DNA of 64,000 nucleotides from Microthyrium microscopicum (Eukaryota): assembly GCA_010405405.1 (NCBI GenBank), contig MU004236.1, forward strand, positions 917,457 to 981,456, in the 5' to 3' direction. The notes beneath the pieces are model-generated. The model searched no databases. It worked only from the letters and a program-made list of their open reading frames with translations, and was not told the DNA's origin. Positions 1-8,624 of the stretch are shown here, in pieces. How positions within the stretch are numbered: position 1 is the first letter of the stretch; each line of letters opens with the position of its first letter. The translations under genes and the position numbers were made by a program.

Positions 1-366
1 AACAATACGCCAGTGCGTATCGAGCATTGGAATGTAGCTCAGATGGGCGGCCGCACTGTCGCGCGAGTGATCAACAAGAAGGGTGAACCGGAGAAGTTCA
101 TCCCTATATTCTGGTCTGCTCTGGGCCAGCAATTGAGATACTGCGGATCCACGGTTTCGGGAGGCTTTGATGATGTTGTGATCAAAGGCGCGACTAGTGC
201 TGATAAGCCGAGTTGGGTGGCATACTATACACAGGGCGAGACTGTGGTGGCTGTGGCTTCAATGGGTAAAGATCCGGTTATGGTGCAGTCTGCTGAGTTG
301 ATGAGACGGAGCAAGATGCCGACCAAGAAGGAGTTGGAGGATGGTGCTGATGTGCTGTCGTTGTAA
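1..366 (+). CDS. 3' end of AIF-like (AIFM3/Aif1-type) FAD pyridine nucleotide-disulfide oxidoreductase, truncated by window start
   Basis: Frame open from base 1: PVRIEHWNVAQ..G, FIPIFWSALGQQLRYCG, VVAVASMGKDP match the reductase C-terminal domain of fungal Aif1-like proteins. Confidence 0.8.
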   Translation, partial: NNTPVRIEHWNVAQMGGRTVARVINKKGEPEKFIPIFWSALGQQLRYCGSTVSGGFDDVVIKGATSADKPSWVAYYTQGETVVAVASMGKDPVMVQSAELMRRSKMPTKKELEDGADVLSL

Positions 367-782
367 TCTGTTGTTGTAACTTGATGGGTATTGTGAAGAA
401 AAGCATATAAGGCAACGACAATATACGAATATATCACATATTGAGCATTACAATTATGTTTGTACTTACTACCGTAATATCCCCCATTCGCGTCATGTTC
501 TAGTCTCTTGTACTTGATTCGAGATAAACCCACGCTGATCGACTATGGTAATCACTGTCCAAACTGAGTAGGACTGTTGGCATATGGTGATGTCTAGACC
601 ATAGGGGAGTGTAAGCATGATAAGAGTGTACTATTCAATCCAGATAGAGCTAATCAAGTAGTAGTTACAATTCCAAAACCAACGCCGCTGTTTAATTGCA
701 AAGAACTAGGAAAGACGATACCAAAGCTCCAAGCCCATGCATAAGCCCATAAAGTCGTACGAAACGTCTTCAAAATATATTT

Positions 783-1526
783 TTAATTGCTGGCAGAATG
801 TTAGTCACGATCATAGCACATCAATATCAAGGGGCCAACTTACAGCAATCCAAGAGTCAAATCACCATGGATCTTCGCCTTCAACTGAACTTCGATGTCA
901 AGGTTCAACTCCAGTCTCAAGCGCAATTGTTCTTTGCCTTCATCCCCACCACCCTCCTCCTTCTTTCCCCCACCAGTCAACCCACCCAACGCCTGTCCAG
1001 CAGTATTCCCCACCTGATTAACCGCATTGCCTGCCGTATTCTGCACCATATCCGTCGCCCCACTCACCGCCTCTCCACCCGGCAAGCCCTCCGCAATCCC
1101 ATCCAACGGCCCACCGCCACTCTTCTCCTGCGTCTGCGTCTGGTTCCCATTCCGCTGTCTCTGGCGCTGCCTATTGCGTCGTCCGCCGCCCACGGCGCTG
1201 ACTTCAGAGGCTGCAACACTCTCTGTGTCTGACGCATCGACGGCACCGCCTCGGCGGCCACGCCCGCGTGATTGGCGGCGGCGCGACTGGGTGCGTGATT
1301 TTGCGGGCTCGGAGGGCGCGGCGGATTCTTCGGCGGCGTCCTCGTCGGGCTCGGGGGTGGCGTCGGGGGTGGGTTGTTGTTGGGCTTCTGGTTTTTTACC
1401 GCCGAGTTTCTTTGGGGTGCGCTTCTCGGTTTTCTTGGAGGCGGATGCGCCGATGCCGCCTTGGGCTTGGGCTTGGCCTTGTCCTTCGGCTCCGAGACTG
1501 GCTTGGGCTTCTTCTGTGTCGGCCAT
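783..1526 (-). CDS. Hydrophilic low-complexity (LEA-like) protein with C-terminal LRLRLELNLDIEVQLKAKIHGDLTLGLL motif
   Basis: 228-aa ORF rich in G/A/Q/E/R. Probable terminal intron 790-843 (GTAAGT..CTAAC..CAG) gives ...LLN*. C-terminal motif shared with gene at 2924. Confidence 0.8.
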
Positions 1527-2562
1527 TGTGTTATTTGGATGTGGTTGTGATGAGATGGTTGGTTTGGTGTTATTGTTTGGGTAAAAGGGGAAGAGGCGAT
1601 GTTGTTGGGGATGTATGTAAGATGAAGTGTAGAAGGAAGAGAGTTGAGGTGAGGATTTTGAGTTGTAAGGATGTTAAAAGAAGGCACAAGGTTGGAGGGA
1701 GGCAAGGTTGAAAAGCGATCGAGATGGGAGGTGACGCAACGGGAATCAAGACCAAGAACTAAGCAACTCCAAGGATTCCAGCCTCGAGTAGTATGTACCG
1801 TATGTTGCAAAAGCACATTGCTTGACAGGGGGAATACATGTCCGTACTAGGGCAGATGATACAACGTGGAGCGATTCGAGTTCAAAAGTTGGCAGAGTTC
1901 AAATGGTTTGGCTGAATGGAGAAATTATGATGTCACATTGGAATAAACTCCGATGAAATCTCACCTGTTCCAGCCTCGTTGAACAAGGGGGAAGACATAG
2001 TTTGGGGCTTAAGACAGGGGATGTAGGGGCCATGTGCTTGTGTGAACCTTGGAAGTTGATGCAAAGTGTGGGATATTGAAGGCTGGGACAAGTTGGAACT
2101 TGCAGATGAGCTTGGAGTACCTAAAGAACAAAGAGTGGAAATGATACCTAAGCTAAGGGACATATCAAAGGATATTCCACATCATTGGTACATATGTATG
2201 ATATTCGCGTGGCAGTAGTTAGCACAAGTGGTTCACGTTGTGCCGTTTCTAAAGGTCCAACAGCTGTCGCGCTAAGTCCCCGCAAAATACTTGCACACGT
2301 TGTTACTAACAAGAAAAACGTGGAGAGTATATTTAGCAACCAGTAACAATTCATAGCAACTACTCTTATCTTTACCAATACTACCAATAGAACTTGGCGA
2401 CTGTGCTGGAGCTTTTCGACCTTACTACATAACATCGCCAAAATAATTAATCCGACGAACCTATGGCATGTACCAACCTCGTACTAATCATGTGCTCTGG
2501 TGTGTGTGGTATACGCAACTCGGGGCAAAATAAGGTGGCTCGAGGGCGTCGCCGTTGCATTT

Positions 2563-2570
2563 TGACGTCA
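2563..2570. promoter_or_regulatory. CRE/ATF-type palindrome TGACGTCA in the divergent intergenic region
   Basis: Perfect TGACGTCA ~350 nt upstream of ATG 2924, with several AGGGG/CCCCT (STRE) copies nearby. Confidence 0.4.
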
Positions 2571-2923
2571 GTGGTCTTGTATCCCTGCCATACTATCACA
2601 CCCCCCTGGTCCGGCCAGCCTTGTTCTGATGTATCAGTCCACCAAGTTATGCTACGCCAGCCGGGCAGTAATTCCGACTCTCAAATCCAAGAGTTGGACA
2701 AGTATCAAACAGAGCTTGAGCACCCTTGAACCAACATTCCTAACCTTCCCATGTGCTACTCCACCACGACCTGACCTGATATCCTTTACTTCCTTCCATA
2801 CATTTTCCTCCTACTATCTCCCACTTACTACTCTATCACTCTTTACACTCTATCATCCCCTCCTCTATCACATCTTATACACCTTGCCATCACATCTCAT
2901 ACAGCTCCTCACCAAACACCACC

Positions 2924-3439
2924 ATGGCCGCTGACCCAGTCCTCTCAGACCAAGAAGTCCAATCTGAAGACGACGAACCCAAGCAATTCCGCACTGTCCA
3001 ACAACAAGAAAAGTACGAAAACTTCCTCAAACAAAAGAAACGCGATGACGGTCTGCAATCCAACCGCTCCCGTTCCGCCTCCCGCCGAGCTCGCCGTAAA
3101 CGCATTCAACAAGCTATGGACGACGGCAAGTACATGAAGACCAACAGCCTAGAAGCTCTCGAAGAAGCCGATGCCAACGGTGAACTGCAAAATATGGGCA
3201 TGTTCGAACGCATTGGACCAGATAGCACCAGTATGGACGGACCCGTGACGGCCGCGAGAGCAATGAGAGGCGAGATTCCAATGCGTGGCACAAATCCGAA
3301 TCAGCCGTACATGCAGGAGAAGCCGAAGAGTGATCTGGCGGACCAGGATGGCCTTAAGTTGACGCTGGAGGCGAATTTGGATATTGAGATTGAACTCAAG
3401 GCGAGCATTCGGGGTGATTTGACGCTATCATTGTTGTAA
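2924..3439 (+). CDS. Hydrophilic protein with C-terminal LKLTLEANLDIEIELKASIRGDLTLSLL motif (paralogous tail to 783-1526)
   Basis: 171-aa ORF. GTAAGT donor at 3436 lies in the same codon position as in the partner gene, so a short unresolved last exon is possible. Confidence 0.8.
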   Translation: MAADPVLSDQEVQSEDDEPKQFRTVQQQEKYENFLKQKKRDDGLQSNRSRSASRRARRKRIQQAMDDGKYMKTNSLEALEEADANGELQNMGMFERIGPDSTSMDGPVTAARAMRGEIPMRGTNPNQPYMQEKPKSDLADQDGLKLTLEANLDIEIELKASIRGDLTLSLL

Positions 3440-4470
3440 GTTTCCATCCCTTCTCCTAGAATCCCTTCCTATCACTGCCCGTTTCTCCTACACGCACATA
3501 AGACATACACATGCACTCAACACATATACACTCTCTACACACACATCTCTCGTGTCATTACGATACAGAGATTCCCCACCCCTTGATGATTTCATCACCT
3601 CATATTTTTCAAAGTCAATAATGTCCGGACCATCTCATCCGTCTGACGCCGAGGAACCAGTGAATAACCCCAACCTTGCAGTGCTTGATCGATGGGAAAG
3701 ATGAGCAGTATGCAGTGGGAATCATTTCGAATGCCGGTTCAATATTCCCATTGCTTTGCTCTTGATTATCTGGTGTTGATTTATGGTCCTTTCTAGCTGC
3801 TAGGATATTCTGCATGTTATGGAGTCTAGGGAATCTTTATGAACTCTCACCAATAGGGGTGTGGTATGTCAATGAAATGATCATCAACAACTCTTTTCAC
3901 CCTCTATATTCGGTCTATCGTTTGAGCGGTGAGAGATTCTCTGACTGATGTGGCTCCAGTTCAACATTATTGCCTGATGATTTGTTGCCCAGTATTGGAG
4001 GACTGCTGTCATAAGTGCAGCGACCTTTGTCTGAGGGCCGTCTGTGATCGGTTGCGTCCTTACGATTTGCCAGACCATTTGGAAGTATGGATTGGTGATA
4101 CTACTCTACACTTTTGAAGCTTGAGTTGAGTCGAAGCAAGCAAATCGACACTCATTAACTGATCGGAGCAATCACTGCAGTTTCATCTTGCAGCCTCAAC
4201 AATTGTAGGAAAATAAATCAGACTGAAGACTTCGAAAACAACAAATTGATTCATCAAAGAGGATGGAAAATCACATTTTCGTTGAGATGAATTTTGGAGA
4301 CTCGCACCTCTGACAAGCGTGCTGCAATGACATGTCACCTTTTCATGCCACCCTCCTGCAACGACCTCGCCACATGCACCTACACGCGACATTGCTAAAG
4401 AATTCATCAACTCAAACCTTGGAGCATATCATCGTAAGCAAATATACTCTAAAAAGAGATCACATCAAGC

Positions 4471-5244
4471 ATGGAACCCGAGACTCGCACGGGATCGACG
4501 TTGGAAAAGTACCGCGTACCTGGTCTTCCAAACTCATTCTTCTACATTTCAGATTTCCTCAGCGACGAAGAATCCACAGCACTACTCGCCAAAGTAAATG
4601 CATAATTTCTCAAAAATAGATCTTGCGCTAATTTATAGCACCAGATTCCGCCCAACCGCTGGACACATCTTAGCCACCGGAGACTCCAAGCCCACCCATC
4701 AACACTAACTACCAACAACACACTCATCGCTGCCCCCCTACCACCATGGCTCACTACACTCCCAGTACGCATCAAAACCCGCTTCAAGGAATACTCTATA
4801 TTTGCAGAAACGAAACACCAGGAGCCAAACCATGTACTCGTCAACGAATACCAACCAGGCCAAGGCATAATGCCGCATGAAGACGGCAACGCATATTCAC
4901 CCGTCGTAGCCACCATAAGTCTCGGCGGCAGCGTGATTCTAGAACTGTTCGAGAAGGATACGCAAGACAATTCATCTCGAACACCCATACATCGCATCCT
5001 ACAGGAACCAGGCTCGTTGCTGGTGACTACCGGGGAGGCGTATGCATCACTGCTCCATGGGATCGCACCAATTGAGATGGACGAGGATTTGGGTCAGGAT
5101 ACGGTTAGTAATTGGACATTACTGGGGAATAAAGCAGTGTTTGAAGGGGGTAGTTGTAGGCGGGTGACGAGAGTTAGTTTGACGTATCGGGATGTGCTTA
5201 AAGTCAGTAAGATTGGAGCGGAAATATTGGGATTGAGAAGATAA
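4471..5244 (+). CDS. AlkB-family 2OG-Fe(II) dioxygenase, ALKBH6-like
   Basis: Intron ~4594-4644. FYISDFLS..E, RWTHLSHRRLQ, PNHVLVNEYQPGQGIMPHEDG (HxD), SLL, LHGI, RVSLTYR motifs. Confidence 0.85.
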
Positions 5245-5930
5245 GAAAAAATGACTAGTAACACTAAGATCATTACCACTACTGGACTATACCATCAGAG
5301 GACGTTTGGGCTTGGAATCTCATTGGAATGTTATGCTCGGAAGGAAGCATTTCCCAACTTGGCCATGTAGTTCAGTCTGTATGAAACTTGACAGCTCACC
5401 ATCTCTCCCTTGCTCAAAAATAGCCTGTATAGGCCGCTGTCACTGGCCAACTAGTACCTAGTAATCTAGCTGGCACGATCTGCAATCTGTCAAGGTACGC
5501 ATATCTCGCAAGGATATATCCCATTGCCGACTCACCTAGAGAGGAAACCCCCAAGTCTGTGCATCTCTCAATATCAACGTTCTGCTATATCAAAACGCGG
5601 CCTTTTCTTCCCTTTGAAAATTGGCCGCGTTATCTCAAAATGCAAAAGTAACAATGGCGTTTGAACAATATTTTGGTGTTTTGGATGAAAGTCTTTCTCA
5701 TTGCTTTACCAGCAAAAAATATCTAAACAATAGCGCCTACTAATTGTCATGATAACTATGACTTGTCTTGCTCGTCCATAACAAACCAAAAAAAAAGACG
5801 CAATATCTTCTCTATCGCGGCAGATATGGGCTATATATACAAATAATTTCCAGTTCTCGCTTTCCTCATCGCATGCGAATTAACTGGTGAAACAAACTAC
5901 TTCTTCCCCGTCCTCATTTACTCAACAAAT

Positions 5931-6476
5931 CTACCATCCCCAACCCTTCTGTGCTGGCGCCTGTGGGCTTCCCCAAGCGGGTGGCTTGTTGTTTTGTGGC
6001 TGGTTCCATGTTGGCGGTCTGTTGTTTTGCTGCTGGGCCCAGCCTGGTGCTTGTTGTTGTTGGCTCCAGGCGGGTGCTTGTTGTTGCTGGGCCCAGCCTG
6101 GTGCTGCTTGCTGCTTGGGCGCGCCCCAGCCTTGTGGTTGTGGACCTGGCTGTGGTTGTGCTGGAGCTTGGAGTCCGTGAGGGCCTGAAGAATTCTGTTA
6201 GAATAACGATTCTTGCACGTAGAGAAGGCCAGTGGATTTAGGCCGTGGGAAAGAAAACTTACTGAAGTTGATTCCGTCAACACCGAGATGCCAGTCTGCT
6301 CCAATGGGCTGTTTGCAACCGACTGCGCCAACGGCGATGGAGCATTGTGCGCCTAGACCTGATATGGAGAGTGTCGGGAGTTGGGCTGTGGGACTGGGTT
6401 TTGGTTTTGGGTCAGCGACTGGGGCGGCGGAAACGGCGATGGCTGCCGCAAGGACAGAGATGGTGGAGAAGAGCAT
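5931..6476 (-). CDS. Small secreted protein (155 aa) with Q/N/P-rich, Trp-periodic C-terminal repeats
   Basis: Signal peptide MLFSTISVLAAAIAVSAAP. Intron 6185-6262 (GTAAGT..CTAAC..CAG) joins in frame to SPHGLQAPAQPQPGPQPQGWGAPKQQAAPGWAQQQQAPAWSQQQQAPGW...KGWGW*. Confidence 0.8.
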
Positions 6477-7980
6477 CGTGAGTTGTATAAGCAAGCTTTT
6501 AATGAGAGACTAGGTTAAACTTGGACGGGTATACACGCTTCTCGTATCGTGAGAGGGAGAGATACTTTGCTTGATGGTTTCTTTTTCGGTCAAGTGATGG
6601 TGTTTGTTCTTATATATGAGTACTACATGCCAAAAAAGAAATCTTGGGTAATTTCGGAACACTGTTCTATTAAAACCCCCTTCGATAGTGGGCAATAATA
6701 ATTCCCGGACCAAGATACAAACCAATGGTTAATGAGATGTTACAGAGCTTTCATTCAAGGTATTATAGTTGGGATATTGCTATATGGCGGGATCATATCA
6801 CTCTGAGTGTTGAGTCGAGAGATTTCTTGCATTGCTGAATTAAAAATGGGGATCATGCTTTGATTGCCAAGTGAATCTCGATTCTAACTCCAGATGTCGC
6901 CCTTTAATCACTGAAAACCTGGGCGGTTGTAGTATCAAATGGTGATAAGTCCTTCTATTTGCCTCCTCTAGTTTTGGAATCCCGAGTAGCGGTTCTGTGT
7001 AAATATATCAACCCCGATAAGGGCTATTTACAGCTTGATGGTATACCCGTCAATCCCTAAACAGACTGCTAAGTGATAATATGTCCGAAATGGGGCTATT
7101 GAGAACCTCTTGCTTTGCAAAAGGCTCTGTGCGGATATATCATCAGGCTCAAAACAGACATTTTGAGAATACTCTACTTTATTGAAGTGAAGGGTTATTT
7201 TAGGATATACCAAGGTACCAAGGCATCTAGTTCGGCATGAATCTGCCATACAAACTATACGTGGACTACTCTACTAGGCGAAGGCCAAAAACCAACAGAT
7301 CGTGCCTGACAAGGCAAAACTTGCGGCTCTCTGACAGCAAATACCAAGAGGTTTCTTCATCTATCCATCGGGACGTAAACGCCGATATTCAAAATAGGTG
7401 GTCTGAGTGCCGCGGATCGAAATACCATGGACCACTCGGAGCATTTGCATTGATATTGGACAACCGTCGAAAGAGATATCTAGATTCGATTATGTGGTAG
7501 CCGCAAAAAGGGCCGTTCTCAACATAGAATATATTGATGGCGACGATTGACAGTCGAATAAGAATCAGCATGGGCTTATGTACCTGGTCGAATAGTTGTC
7601 GCTTATAGGGCTGTTAGTCAGGGGTCGATTGGACTTGTCTATATCAGGATTATGGATATGGTGTCGATCTAGTAGTTTTTGATTAACCGAACGATTGGAC
7701 CCTAACGTCAAGTCTTGTGCGGCTCAATTCTACCTAGCTTATTCGTACACGATCTACTACATGGATGGACCAAGTGCTCGAATCTGGATCTAAGATGGAC
7801 TGAATTAGGTAGTCCTTGCCTCGATGGTAGAGTCTATAGATAGTTTCAATGTTCAGAACCACGCGATTCTACGAAGAAAGTAATATAGAGAATCCGAATC
7901 CGCGGATTGCTATAAAGATATCTTCAATTGTAGATGGATCTCCCCGGCTTAGCCGATGGTGATATAGTATACGTTATACC

Positions 7981-8060
7981 GAGCAACAGAGCAACAGAGC
8001 AACAGAGCAACAGAGCAACAGAGCAACAGAGCAACAGAGCAACAGAGCACCAGAGAACCA
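7981..8060 (+). repeat. Octanucleotide tandem repeat (GAGCAACA)n
   Basis: 8 perfect copies 7981-8044 followed by two degenerate copies (GAGCACCA, GAGAACCA). Confidence 0.95.
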
Positions 8061-8624
8061 GTCTGACTTTCCATGGCTCTTGGAGTTCGCCAAGTCTTCG
8101 GTATCTCCAAAGTGATCCTCAAACTATGCTAACCATGGGATCTCTACGTTGGTGTTTTCAGTTCGGTAGTGGTTCGTAGACTTCTGGAGACGGCAAGATT
8201 GATGGTGTATCAGCACTATCCATAACGTTATACAGTCCTAACCGTCCGCATGGAGGCATCGTTCGTCATGATATACTATCACTGTATAAACAATATCGTA
8301 TCATAGGTCAAAACTTCTGAATGGTGGCAACTTCGCGACATGTAGGACCATGAATTGGGATTACTAGAGATTAGCGACATGAGAAGTGCCGGAATATGAC
8401 CAATCTAATGTAGAAAGACAAGCTTGCGACATAATCTTCGTTCTAGAGTGAATAACATAAAAACATGACCTTCATGCCAAGCAACATGATCGATCTAGAA
8501 GCCTCAGCAGATGAAGTATTATCACTGCTCCCCGAAGAACGTCTATTGCGCAATATCACATCCAAGTCTCCCAAGATACAATCCAGACCGTCAATCAGTC
8601 AAGTCCTCTTCCCCGAAACCCTTT

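Noticed and set aside
798..1816. Several long overlapping ORFs (798-1232, 1027-1584, 1064-1816, 1268-1711)
   Set aside because: Shadow frames of a GC-rich low-complexity gene. Only 840-1526 (-) carries the conserved motif
3480..3560. CA-rich tract after the second motif gene
   Set aside because: Imperfect low-complexity intron/UTR sequence with no regular unit
5887..6331. Cys-rich plus-strand ORF (CCWAQPGACCC) and minus-strand ORF 5918-6331
   Set aside because: Antisense or alternative-frame reads of the CAA/CAG-rich repeat exon. The spliced signal-peptide frame explains the region
7981..8060. Tandem repeat as CRISPR or telomeric array
   Set aside because: No spacers, eukaryotic context, and the unit is not TTAGGG-like
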